DNA from: Deltaproteobacteria bacterium
Lineage (GTDB): Bacteria; Desulfobacterota; GWC2-55-46; DRQE01
DNA: 64,000 nucleotides
Reading direction: 5' to 3'
NCBI GenBank assembly: GCA_015492245.1
Contig: WGFM01000017.1
Coordinates: forward strand, 38,693-102,692
Of the stretch, positions 39,557 to 48,586 are shown piece by piece (within the stretch, counting starts at the first letter, position 1; every line of letters starts with the position of its first letter). Under the pieces are notes generated by a model. The model was given only the letters and a program-made list of their open reading frames with translations, was not told the origin of the DNA and searched no databases. A program made the position numbers and the translations under genes.

Positions 39557-41317
39557 ATGGCCCTTTATCTGAGACTTCTAATATTCCTGCGCCCCTACTG
39601 GTTAAGGCTGACGCTGGCCGTGGCGTGCATGATAATCTTCGCCATATCCAATGGCCTGATGGCATACCTCATAGGGCCTGCCATAAAACTCCTTTTCGAC
39701 AAGGAGAAGATACCTGCCCAATACGGCCTGCCCGATATAACGATATTCTCTGCACAGAACATGCAGGTTCTTCTTCCTCTTGCCATAATCGTGGTGGCCA
39801 TTGTAAGGGGTGTAAGTTCTTACGGCAATACCTACTACATGGGATATGTGGGGCAGCGTGTCATAGCAGACTTAAGGAAGGCCCTTTATGCCCACATACT
39901 GGAGCTTCCATACGAGTTCTTCGTAAGAAACCCTGCAGGTGGGCTGACATCAAGGCTCACAAACGATATAAACCTCCTTGAGAAGGCAACGGCAGACACC
40001 CTGATACACGCCTTCAAGCAGGGGCTATCGGTGGTGGTGCTCGCTGTAATAATACTCATGATGGACTGGCAGCTTGCACTAATAGGAGGCATTGCCTTCC
40101 CCCTTGCCATATATCCTGCCATGAGGTTCGGCAGGAAGATAAAGAACATCTCCCGCAAGGGACAGGTAACCCTTGGTGATATGGCATCTGTAATACACGA
40201 GGCATTGAAGGGTATAAGGGTTGTAAAGGGTTTCGGCATGAAGGAATACGAGACCAGAAAGTTCAGCCAGGAGAACGAACGGTTTGCCCGCTACAGGACA
40301 CGGGCGATAAAGATAAGGGGAATATCGAGCCCCTTTATGGAGACCTTTGCGGCCACAAGTTTCGCCCTCACCATATGGTATGCAAGCTACAGAATATGGC
40401 AGGGCACACTCACCCCCGAGGCATTCATAACATTCTTTGCGGCCATAGTCATGCTTTATCAGCCTGTGAGGGTACTTAACGGCGTATACCTGAACCTCCA
40501 GCAGGGCCTCGGCTCTGCCCAGAGGATATTCGAGATACTCGATACCCCCACAGAGGCCATAAAAGACGGCACAAGGATATGCACCGGTATCATAGATGGT
40601 ATAGAGTTCATAGATGTATCCTTCAGTTATGGGGAGAAAGAGGTGCTCAGGGGCATAAACCTCAAGGTAAAGAAAGGCGAACGGGTTGCCATAGTGGGCT
40701 CAAGCGGGGTGGGCAAATCCACTCTTGTAAACCTTGTCCCAAGGTTTTATGATGTTACAGGTGGGGCCATACTCATAGATGGTGTGGACATACGGGAGTT
40801 CACCCTTGCCTCGCTTCGCAGCCAGATAAGTATAATATCCCAGGATGTGATACTCTTTAACGACACGGTGAGAAACAACATAGCCTATGGCAGACCCGAG
40901 GTGAGCGAGGAAGAGGTAATAAGGGCAGCGCTTTCAGCCAATGCACACCAGTTTATAGAGGAACTGCCACAGGGATACGACACCGTGATAGGTGAAGGTG
41001 GCATAAGGCTTTCAGGAGGCCAGCGCCAGCGCCTTTCCATCGCACGGGCCATACTGAAAGATGCGCCCATGCTTATAATGGACGAGGCGACATCCTCGCT
41101 CGATGCAGAGTCTGAAAGGGCGGTTCGGGAGGGGCTTAGAAACCTCATGGAGGGCCGCACCACCTTCGTAATAGCCCACAGGTTCTCCACCATAAAAGAC
41201 GCCACCAGGATAGTGGTGCTCTCTGGTGGAACCATAGTGGAAGCGGGCAGCCACGAAGAACTCATAGAGAAGAGTGGGGAGTACAGAAGGCTCTATTCCA
41301 TACAGTTTCAGGGATAG
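39557..41317 (+). CDS. msbA: lipid A export ABC transporter permease/ATP-binding protein
   Basis: 586 aa. Six-TM exporter domain and an NBD with Walker A GSSGVGKST and signature LSGGQRQR. Confidence 0.85.
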   Translation: MALYLRLLIFLRPYWLRLTLAVACMIIFAISNGLMAYLIGPAIKLLFDKEKIPAQYGLPDITIFSAQNMQVLLPLAIIVVAIVRGVSSYGNTYYMGYVGQRVIADLRKALYAHILELPYEFFVRNPAGGLTSRLTNDINLLEKATADTLIHAFKQGLSVVVLAVIILMMDWQLALIGGIAFPLAIYPAMRFGRKIKNISRKGQVTLGDMASVIHEALKGIRVVKGFGMKEYETRKFSQENERFARYRTRAIKIRGISSPFMETFAATSFALTIWYASYRIWQGTLTPEAFITFFAAIVMLYQPVRVLNGVYLNLQQGLGSAQRIFEILDTPTEAIKDGTRICTGIIDGIEFIDVSFSYGEKEVLRGINLKVKKGERVAIVGSSGVGKSTLVNLVPRFYDVTGGAILIDGVDIREFTLASLRSQISIISQDVILFNDTVRNNIAYGRPEVSEEEVIRAALSANAHQFIEELPQGYDTVIGEGGIRLSGGQRQRLSIARAILKDAPMLIMDEATSSLDAESERAVREGLRNLMEGRTTFVIAHRFSTIKDATRIVVLSGGTIVEAGSHEELIEKSGEYRRLYSIQFQG

Positions 41318-41326
41318 GTAAGGTTT

Positions 41327-41976
41327 ATGCTCGAAGAACTTAAACTTAGGATTGTTACAACCCTCGGGGCATGGTTCATAAGGCTGTTGCGCCTTACGAT
41401 ACGCATAGAGTATGTGGACTTCGATCTCTACAGGGAGAGGCTTGCCTCTGGCAGGCAGAGCATCGTGGCGTTCTGGCACGGAAGGCTTCTGATGATGCCC
41501 TATGCCTCATACCGTGAGGGGATGACCGTGCTCGTAAGCCTCCACAGAGATGGAGAGCTCATTGCCCGTACGATAGGACACTTCGGTATCAGGGCGGTGA
41601 GGGGCTCTACCTCGAGGGGAAGCCTTGGCGGCCTAAAGGGGCTTCTTAAGGCCATAAAAGATGGCAGAGACATTGCCATAACACCTGATGGCCCCCGGGG
41701 GCCTCTCTTCAGGGCCCAGCGCGGCATAATAGACATAGCAAAAAAGACAGGGCTGCCCATAATACCACTTGCATTCAGTGCCAGTAAAAAAAAACACTTA
41801 AGAGCTGGGACCGCTTCATAATACCCTATCCCTTCTCAAGGGGTGTCTTCATATGTGGCAGACCTATTACAGTACCTGGCACTGCCACAGAGGAAGAGCT
41901 TGAAGAGAAAAGAGAGGAGCTCGAGAAAACACTCATGGAGATTACACACAGGGCAGACAGATACTTCGACAGATGA
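41327..41976 (+). CDS. DUF374 (lysophospholipid-acyltransferase-like, kdtA-associated) protein interrupted by a -1 frameshift in an A9 tract
   Basis: Frame 1 (41327..41821) carries the DUF374 core incl. ITPDGPRGP. After the A9 run (41786-41794) the conserved C-terminus (…SWDRFIIPYPFSRGVF…) continues in the -1 frame to a stop at 41974-76, overlapping the kdtA ATG. An A10 tract would restore a 216-aa protein. Confidence 0.65.
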
Positions 41977-43301
41977 TATATATCCTCTACGATATAATCC
42001 TCCATATCAGTGTCATGGTGCTTCTGCCCTATTTTATGTTCAAGATGCTTTCAGAGGGAAAGTATCGCACAGGCATACCAGAAAGGTTTGGCATCTACAG
42101 AGACGAAAAGCTACGCGCCCTCCAGGGTGGTGATGTGGTGTGGTTCCACGCCGTAAGCGTGGGAGAGACGAAGGCGGTGCTTCCGCTCCTGAAACTCTTC
42201 AAGGAGAGGTATCCAGAAAAGAAGGTGGTCTTCTCTACCATCACATACACGGCCAACAGGGTGGCAAAGAACGAAGAGCCCCTGCTCATAGATGCCCTCC
42301 TATACTTTCCCTTAGACCTTTCATGGGTAGTCAAGAGGGCTGTTGCAAGGCTCAGGCCATCGCTCTTCGTGGTGGTGGAAAAGGAGGTGTGGCCAAATAT
42401 CATACATACCCTGCACGAAAATGGGGTGCCCATAGTGGTGGTAAACGGCACTGTTTCAGAAAGGTCCTTTGGAAGGTATAGAAAACTCGGCTTTTTCTTC
42501 ACCGGCATATTCTCAAGCATAACCCGCTTCTGCGCACGCACCGAGGATGATAGGGTGCGTGCCGTGGCACTTGGTGTGCCAGCCCAGAGGGCTGTGGCCA
42601 CAGGTAACCTCAAGTTCGATATAGAGGATGTGGAGCTGAAAGAGGCTGACAGGGAAACCCTCAGAGAAGAGCTTGGCATAGGACAGGATGACCCCGTGGT
42701 AGTGGCAGGAAGCACCCATGCAGGTGAAGAAGAGGCACTCATCGGTGTCTTCAAAAGGCTCAAAGAGGGGTTTCCAGCACTTAGGCTCATACTCGCCCCA
42801 AGACACCCGGAAAGGTTCGATGAGGTGGCTGCCCTCTTGAAGGCCTCGGGACTGAACTTTAAAAGAAGGACGAACAAAGAAAGGGCCGGTGAGAGGACGG
42901 ATGTGGTGCTCCTCGATACCATAGGGGAGCTTACAGCCCTCTACGGCCTTTCCACGGTGGCGTTCGTTGGCGGAAGTCTTGTGGAAGGGGTGGGCGGACA
43001 CAACCTTCTTGAGCCTGCCGTATTCTCAAAGCCTGTTGTATACGGAGGGCATCTCAAGGGCTACCTCTATATGGCAGAACTTCTCGAGAAAGAAGGCGGT
43101 GGCATAAGGGTTACAGACAGAGAGGGCCTCTTTTCTGCCCTCTCATCCCTCCTGGCCGACAGAGGACTCTGCAAAGAGGCCGGAATGGCAGCCCGCAGGG
43201 TGGTCGATAAAAACCGTGGTGCCACAGAGAAGACCATGAGCCTTATAGAAGAGGTGATACAGGAGCACTCCCTCTTGAGAGACGAAAGAAGAGATGCATA
43301 A
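41973..43301 (+). CDS. kdtA: 3-deoxy-D-manno-octulosonic acid (Kdo) transferase
   Basis: 442 aa. N-terminal membrane anchor, …VWFHAVSVGE… motif, GT-B C-terminal domain. Confidence 0.9.
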   Translation: MIYILYDIILHISVMVLLPYFMFKMLSEGKYRTGIPERFGIYRDEKLRALQGGDVVWFHAVSVGETKAVLPLLKLFKERYPEKKVVFSTITYTANRVAKNEEPLLIDALLYFPLDLSWVVKRAVARLRPSLFVVVEKEVWPNIIHTLHENGVPIVVVNGTVSERSFGRYRKLGFFFTGIFSSITRFCARTEDDRVRAVALGVPAQRAVATGNLKFDIEDVELKEADRETLREELGIGQDDPVVVAGSTHAGEEEALIGVFKRLKEGFPALRLILAPRHPERFDEVAALLKASGLNFKRRTNKERAGERTDVVLLDTIGELTALYGLSTVAFVGGSLVEGVGGHNLLEPAVFSKPVVYGGHLKGYLYMAELLEKEGGGIRVTDREGLFSALSSLLADRGLCKEAGMAARRVVDKNRGATEKTMSLIEEVIQEHSLLRDERRDA

Positions 43302-44358
43302 CCTTCCCCATCCATACAGGTTGGTCCTTTGGCCCTTGTCCGCCCTCTATGGGGCCATCGTAAGGTTCCGTAACCTTCTCTACCTCAAGGGTGTACTTAA
43401 AAGCACAAGGCCCTCTGGTGTAAGGATTATCTCTGTGGGCAACCTGACCGTTGGAGGAACTGGCAAGACCCCTGTAACCATCCATCTTGCAGCCTGTCTT
43501 AAAGATAGGGGCATGAGGGTTGCCATACTCAGCCGTGGCTACAGAAGGACCACCAGGGGTGCAAGGGTGGTCTCTGATGGAGAAAGGCTCCTTATGAGTC
43601 CTCAGGAGGCAGGCGATGAGCCCTGTCTTATGGCACAAAGACTCAGGGGGGTGCACCTTGTGGTATCGGAGAAGAGAACAGCAGGTGCAGAGCTTCTTAA
43701 AGAGAGGTTCGGGCCAGATGTGATACTCCTCGACGATGGGTTCCAACATCTTGCCATAAAGAGGGACCTCGATATTGTGCTCATAGATGGCAGGCAGCTC
43801 TCCGAAAATCCCCGGGTTCTTCCCTCCGGCCCCCTGCGCGAACCCCCTGACTCGCTCAAGAGGGCAGACATCATACTCTTTAAAGACCACACACACCTAC
43901 CCCGCCCCTTCGCACCCTACATTGAAGGTAAACCCCGATGGGGCTTTTCCTACAGGGCTGGCAGATTGCTCGATGAAGGGTTCAGACCCCTTGGCGGTGC
44001 AGGACTCTTGAAGGATAGAAGGGTTGTGGCGGTCTGTGGTATAGCAGAGCCCGACTCCTTCTTTACCACCCTCGAGGGCTGTGGCGCCAGGGTGGTGGAA
44101 AGGGTTGGCCTTCCAGACCACCACCTCTACACCGAAGCAGATGTGGCAACACTTGTGGATAGAGTCGAAAAAACCGGGGCAGAGTGGGTCCTGACCACAG
44201 AGAAGGACGGGGTCAAGCTTAAGGATTGCAAGGGAGTAGAGGCTCTACCCCTCAGGATACTCACCATAGATGTGGCGATAGAGGAAGAAAAACCCTTTGT
44301 CTCAAAGGTGCTCGAGCTTTCTGGTATTGAAACTGCTGGCAGTTGTGATAAAATATAG
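43294..44358 (+). CDS. lpxK: tetraacyldisaccharide 4'-kinase
   Basis: 354 aa with P-loop GNLTVGGTGKTP, typical of LpxK. Confidence 0.85.
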   Translation: MHNLPHPYRLVLWPLSALYGAIVRFRNLLYLKGVLKSTRPSGVRIISVGNLTVGGTGKTPVTIHLAACLKDRGMRVAILSRGYRRTTRGARVVSDGERLLMSPQEAGDEPCLMAQRLRGVHLVVSEKRTAGAELLKERFGPDVILLDDGFQHLAIKRDLDIVLIDGRQLSENPRVLPSGPLREPPDSLKRADIILFKDHTHLPRPFAPYIEGKPRWGFSYRAGRLLDEGFRPLGGAGLLKDRRVVAVCGIAEPDSFFTTLEGCGARVVERVGLPDHHLYTEADVATLVDRVEKTGAEWVLTTEKDGVKLKDCKGVEALPLRILTIDVAIEEEKPFVSKVLELSGIETAGSCDKI

Positions 44359-44374
44359 ATAGAAGGAACGAGTT

Positions 44375-44565
44375 AGGGGCGTTGCACGAACCAACGTGTG
44401 TGTGCGTAAGTCCCATCCGCAGGGTGCGTACAAACCACCTAAGGAGGCCCTACGGCGAGGAAGGAGGCAAGCCATCCAGTCCATAATAAGGAGTGGATGG
44501 GGAGGCCTTTCGAGCTGAGAGCCGGCGGATTGGATGAAAGAGGTTCGGTGCAACGCCTCTTTTTG
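44375..44565 (+). ncRNA. candidate structured ncRNA of unknown class (closed by a 13-18 bp terminal helix, ends in a U-tract)
   Basis: AGGGGCGTTGCACGAACC (44375-92) pairs with GGTTCGGTGCAACGCCTCT (44543-60), followed by TTTTT. Internal stems include CCATCCAGTCC-ATAATAA-GGAGTGGATGG and CCGCAGGG…CCCTACGG. No credible ORF. Class not recognised. Confidence 0.3.
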
Positions 44566-44579
44566 GTCTTCTTTCTGGA

Positions 44580-44676
44580 GGAAGGGGAAAGGGCCCGGTG
44601 GCCCTGCGGGTCTTCAAAACCCGTCGGTCCCTCTAAGAAAGGGGCTGGAGGGTTCGACTCCCTCCTCCTTCCGCCA
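44580..44676 (+). tRNA. selC: tRNA-Sec (selC), anticodon UCA, CCA encoded
   Basis: 97 nt. 8-bp acceptor (GGAAGGGG/CTCCTTCC), 6-bp D-stem with a 4-nt loop, anticodon loop CUUCAAA, long variable arm, 5-bp T-stem (GAGGG-TTCGACT-CCCTC), discriminator G. 3' half is near-identical to E. coli selC. Confidence 0.88.
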
Positions 44677-44891
44677 AAGCCTGCGTAACATCAACATGTC
44701 CTCCCCTGAAAAGAGACTCCCCACCGGCTTGTCATAAAAGGCTGGCTGGTCAACCTGTTCCTGCCTTATCAGGTATATGCCCCGTGTCTTTTCTGTTTAG
44801 ATTTTACACTGTCTGGAAAGAAAAAAATTGACATGCCTACAGGCTGTGCGATAACATTTCAAATACTGTCTTTAGCGGAGGCCAGTGGTAA

Positions 44892-45866
44892 ATGCAGATA
44901 CAGGAGGTGCTCGCCCTCATAAAAGAGGACATGCGCAGGGTGGAAGAGGAGTTCAGGAAAAACCTTCTTTCCGATGTCTATCTCATAAGAAGGGTTGGTG
45001 AATACATACTCAACAGCGGCGGAAAAAGGTTCAGACCCCTTATGGTGCTTCTTGCCAGCAGGCTCTGTGGTTACCATGGAGGGCTACACATACCACTTGC
45101 AGTGGTGGTTGAGTTCATCCACACGGCCACCCTTCTGCATGACGATGTGGTGGACAACGCAACACTGCGCCGTGGCAGCCCATCGGCAAACGCCATATGG
45201 GGCAACGGCTCCAGTGTGCTCGTGGGGGACTACCTTCTTTCAAAGGCCTTCTCCATAACGGTGGCGCAGGGAAACATCAGGGTGCTCGACATACTGTCCA
45301 ACACCACCACTCGCATGGCCGAAGGCGAGGTGCTCCAGCTTATTAAACACTCCGATGTGAACGCAACAGAGGATGAATACCTCCATGTAATAACCGGTAA
45401 AACAGCGGTCCTCTTTTCAGCCTGCTGCAGGATACCGGCGGTGCTGGCAAACCTTCCCACAGAAAAGGAGGAGGCCCTTGCAACCTATGGCATGTCCATA
45501 GGTATCGCATACCAGCTGATGGACGACTGTCTGGACTACACCTCGAAGTCAGAAGACCTCGGCAAGACCATAGGAAATGACCTCAGGGAGGGCAAGGTTA
45601 CCCTGCCACTCATAAAGACCTACAGGGATGCAACGGAAAAGGAAAGAGTAACAATAAGAGAAGCAGTGGAGGCAGAAAGTGTAGACGAGAAGACCCTCAA
45701 CGAGGTGCTCGTCATAATAAAAAAGTATGGTGGAATAGAGTATACACTGGACTTTGCAAAGGGTTACATAAACAGGGCAAAGAGCTGCCTTGAGCACTTC
45801 GAGCCCGATACAGAACGGGCTGCGCTCGCTGCGGTTGCAGACTATGTGATAGAGAGAACCAACTGA
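44892..45866 (+). CDS. polyprenyl diphosphate synthase (IspB/octaprenyl-heptaprenyl type)
   Basis: 324 aa with first DDxxD (LLHDDVVDN) and second DDxxD (MDDCLD) motifs. Confidence 0.85.
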   Translation: MQIQEVLALIKEDMRRVEEEFRKNLLSDVYLIRRVGEYILNSGGKRFRPLMVLLASRLCGYHGGLHIPLAVVVEFIHTATLLHDDVVDNATLRRGSPSANAIWGNGSSVLVGDYLLSKAFSITVAQGNIRVLDILSNTTTRMAEGEVLQLIKHSDVNATEDEYLHVITGKTAVLFSACCRIPAVLANLPTEKEEALATYGMSIGIAYQLMDDCLDYTSKSEDLGKTIGNDLREGKVTLPLIKTYRDATEKERVTIREAVEAESVDEKTLNEVLVIIKKYGGIEYTLDFAKGYINRAKSCLEHFEPDTERAALAAVADYVIERTN

Positions 45867-45880
45867 TCTTACAGCCCCTT

Positions 45881-46519
45881 ATGGACAAAGAAGACAAGGC
45901 AAAGAGGGTCCTTGCGGTACTCAAGAAGGCATTCCCAAGGGCAAAGACCGAGCTGAACTTCAAGACTCCCCTTGAGCTTCTTGTTGCAACCATACTCTCT
46001 GCCCAGTGCACGGATAGAAAGGTTAATGCCGTAACTCCAGAGCTTTTCAGCCGCTTCAGAACACCCGAGGATTACGCCACAGTAGATACCGCAGAGATAG
46101 AACGATACATAGGCTCCATAAACTTCTACAAGAACAAGGCACGCTCCATAAAGCTCTGCTGCAAACGCCTTGTAGAGGAGTTCGGCGGCAGGATGCCCCG
46201 CTCCATCGAGGAGATGACCCGTCTACCAGGGGTTGGCAGAAAAACGGCCAGCATTGTGCTTGCAGAGGCCTTTGGCATACCCGCACTTGCAGTGGACACC
46301 CATGTGAAGAGGGTGGCACAGAGGCTGGGGCTTGCCTCAGGCGATAAGCCCGATGATATAGAGGAAGAGCTGAAGGGCCTTGTGCCCGAGAAGGACTGGC
46401 GCTCTGTAACCAACCTCTTCATACTCCATGGTAGAAGGGTATGCCGGGCAAAAAATCCACTCTGTGGAGAATGCGGCTTAAGAGAGTTCTGTGAATACTA
46501 TAAAACAAAAGGAGGCTAA
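45881..46519 (+). CDS. nth: endonuclease III
   Basis: 212 aa. HhH-GPD motif (LPGVGRKTA) and a C-terminal [4Fe-4S] cluster (C…CGECGLREFC). Confidence 0.9.
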   Translation: MDKEDKAKRVLAVLKKAFPRAKTELNFKTPLELLVATILSAQCTDRKVNAVTPELFSRFRTPEDYATVDTAEIERYIGSINFYKNKARSIKLCCKRLVEEFGGRMPRSIEEMTRLPGVGRKTASIVLAEAFGIPALAVDTHVKRVAQRLGLASGDKPDDIEEELKGLVPEKDWRSVTNLFILHGRRVCRAKNPLCGECGLREFCEYYKTKGG

Positions 46520-46525
46520 ACCATT

Positions 46526-47293
46526 ATGGGTCTTCTTGAAGGTAAAAAGGCTCTTATCTTTGGTGTTGCAAACGAGAGAAGCATCGCCTGGGCCATCGCA
46601 AAGGCACTCCATACAGAAGGTGCACAGTGTGCCTTCACCTATGCAACCGAAAGGCTTAAAGAAAGGGTGGAAAGGCTTGCCCACTCACAGGGCTCCGATA
46701 TTGTGCTGCCCTGTGATGTTACAAAGGACGAGGAGGTGGAGGCCACATTCTCCACAATAAAGGAGAGGTGGCAGAGCCTGGACATACTGATACACTCTGT
46801 GGCATTTGCGAAGAAGGAAGAACTCAAGGGGAAACTGCTTGACACAACACGAGAGGGCTTCGGCCTTGCCATGGATGTAAGTGTCTATTCCCTCATAGCC
46901 CTTACCAGGCAGGCCTCCCCCCTCATGCGAGAGGATGGAAGCATAATGACCCTTACATACCTTGGAAGCCAGAAGGTTGTGCCAAACTACAATGTCATGG
47001 GGGTGGCGAAGGCAGGGCTTGAGGCAGCGGTAAGATACCTTGCAGAGGATATGGGCCCCCAGGGTGTGAGGGTGAATGCCATATCCGCAGGGCCTGTCAA
47101 GACCCTTGCAGCCATGGGTATATCAGGGTTTGGCGAGATACTCAAGAGGGTCGAGGAGAAGGCCCCCCTGAGGCGCAACATATCGCAGGAAGATGTAGCA
47201 GGTGTGGCACTCTTTCTTGCAAGCCCGCTTTCAACAGGTGTTACAGGGGAGATAATCTATGTGGATGCGGGCTACAACATAATGGGGCCTTGA
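46526..47293 (+). CDS. fabI: enoyl-[ACP] reductase (NADH)
   Basis: 255 aa SDR with GVANERSIAWAIA and the Y-x6-K catalytic dyad region typical of FabI. Confidence 0.9.
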   Translation: MGLLEGKKALIFGVANERSIAWAIAKALHTEGAQCAFTYATERLKERVERLAHSQGSDIVLPCDVTKDEEVEATFSTIKERWQSLDILIHSVAFAKKEELKGKLLDTTREGFGLAMDVSVYSLIALTRQASPLMREDGSIMTLTYLGSQKVVPNYNVMGVAKAGLEAAVRYLAEDMGPQGVRVNAISAGPVKTLAAMGISGFGEILKRVEEKAPLRRNISQEDVAGVALFLASPLSTGVTGEIIYVDAGYNIMGP

Positions 47294-48543
47294 GCATGCG
47301 CATAATAGCAGACCTCCACATACACAGCCGTTATTCCCGTGCAACCAGCAAAGAGATGACACTGCCCACAATAGCCCGCTGGGCAAGGAGAAAGGGCATA
47401 AACCTTGTCGGCACAGGAGACTTCACCCACCCACAGTACCTGAAGTCCATAGAGGAAGGGCTTGTGCCAGCCGAAGATGGGCTCTTCATGCTCGAAGATG
47501 AACCCACGGTACGCTTCATGCTCACAGTAGAGGTGAGCAACATCTACAGCCAGGCAGGTAGCCTCCGCAAGATCCACACCCTCCTTTTTGCCCCATCCCT
47601 TAAGGCTGCAAAGGAGCTCACAGAGAGGCTCAAGGCCATGGGCAATGTGTATGCCGATGGAAGGCCTGTGTTCGGTTTTCCGGCGGTAGAGCTACTCAAG
47701 ATGGCACTTGACATATCAGAGGATTTTCTTGTCGTTCCAGCCCATGCATGGACACCCTGGTTCTCCATATTCGGCAGCAAATCGGGGTTCGACTCCATAG
47801 AAGAGTGCTTCGGCGATTACTCCAAATACATCTACGCCATAGAGACAGGGCTATCGAGCAACCCTGAGATGAACTGGCGGCTTTCGGCCCTCGATGGGGT
47901 AGCCCTTCTTTCGAACTCCGATGCCCACTCACCGGCAAAACTGGGCAGGGAGGCCAATGTGTTCGAGTGTGAGTCGAGTTATCCTGCCATAATGGATACC
48001 ATAAAGAGCAAAGACCCTGAGAGGTTTCTTTTCACCATAGAGTTCTTCCCCGAAGAGGGGAAATACCACTACGATGGACACAGGGAATGCGGGGTGGTCC
48101 TCTCACCAGAGGAGACGAGAAAGGCCCGTGGGCTGTGCCCTGTCTGTGGCAGGGAGGTTACAGTTGGGGTTATGAACAGGGTGGAAGAGCTTGCCGACAG
48201 ACCCCCGGGCTTTGTGCCAGAAGGTGCCATACCACAGCGCTCGCTCATACCACTTGAGGAAATCGTAGCAGAAGCACTGGCAAGAGGGGTCAACACGGCA
48301 GCCGTGAAGAAGGAATACCGCCGTATGACCGATGCTTACGATGAGTTCACCATACTTATGGACCTTACAGAGGAGGAACTGCAGAAAATAGCCCATCCCA
48401 TGGTGGCAGAAGGTATTGGCAGGGTGCGCCGCGCCCAGGTGCATATAAGCCCTGGTTTCGACGGCGAGTTCGGCAAGATAAAGCTCTTCGAAGAACCACA
48501 AAGACCAGAAACAAAGGGGCCCACACAGATGGGGCTGTTCTGA
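47290..48543 (+). CDS. PHP-domain protein of the TIGR00375 family / endonuclease Q-like
   Basis: 417 aa. N-terminal PHP motif ADLHIHSRYSRA…GTGDFTHP and a Cys-rich Zn-ribbon-like segment (HRECG…CPVCGREV). Architecture resembles archaeal/Bacillus EndoQ, but this is assigned from memory. Confidence 0.45.
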   Translation: MSMRIIADLHIHSRYSRATSKEMTLPTIARWARRKGINLVGTGDFTHPQYLKSIEEGLVPAEDGLFMLEDEPTVRFMLTVEVSNIYSQAGSLRKIHTLLFAPSLKAAKELTERLKAMGNVYADGRPVFGFPAVELLKMALDISEDFLVVPAHAWTPWFSIFGSKSGFDSIEECFGDYSKYIYAIETGLSSNPEMNWRLSALDGVALLSNSDAHSPAKLGREANVFECESSYPAIMDTIKSKDPERFLFTIEFFPEEGKYHYDGHRECGVVLSPEETRKARGLCPVCGREVTVGVMNRVEELADRPPGFVPEGAIPQRSLIPLEEIVAEALARGVNTAAVKKEYRRMTDAYDEFTILMDLTEEELQKIAHPMVAEGIGRVRRAQVHISPGFDGEFGKIKLFEEPQRPETKGPTQMGLF

Positions 48544-48586
48544 CCCCATCTGAAAAGAGTGCCATCTTCTGGTATAATCTTCTTCT

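Noticed and set aside
44375-44565. TPP riboswitch (CTGAGA box) or glycine riboswitch (GAAGGAGGCAAG resembling CCGAAGGAGCAA) in the element upstream of selC
   Set aside because: Only isolated short motif resemblances. The other obligatory conserved segments (ACCCUUUGAACCUGAUC… for TPP; GGAGAG…CUCUCAGGCAAAAGGAC for glycine) are absent, and the downstream gene is a tRNA. RNase P RNA (GGAAAGUCCGG) and SRP RNA motifs were also not found.
44375-44676. tmRNA (ssrA), because of the tRNA-like 3' end GGAGGGTTCGACTCCCTCC…GCCA
   Set aside because: The 3' acceptor strand pairs with GGAAGGGG only ~97 nt upstream, giving a complete cloverleaf with anticodon UCA. There is no tag-peptide reading frame or resume codon structure, and the distal 5' sequence (GGGGCGTTGCAC) cannot pair with the 3' acceptor. 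This is tRNA-Sec, not tmRNA.
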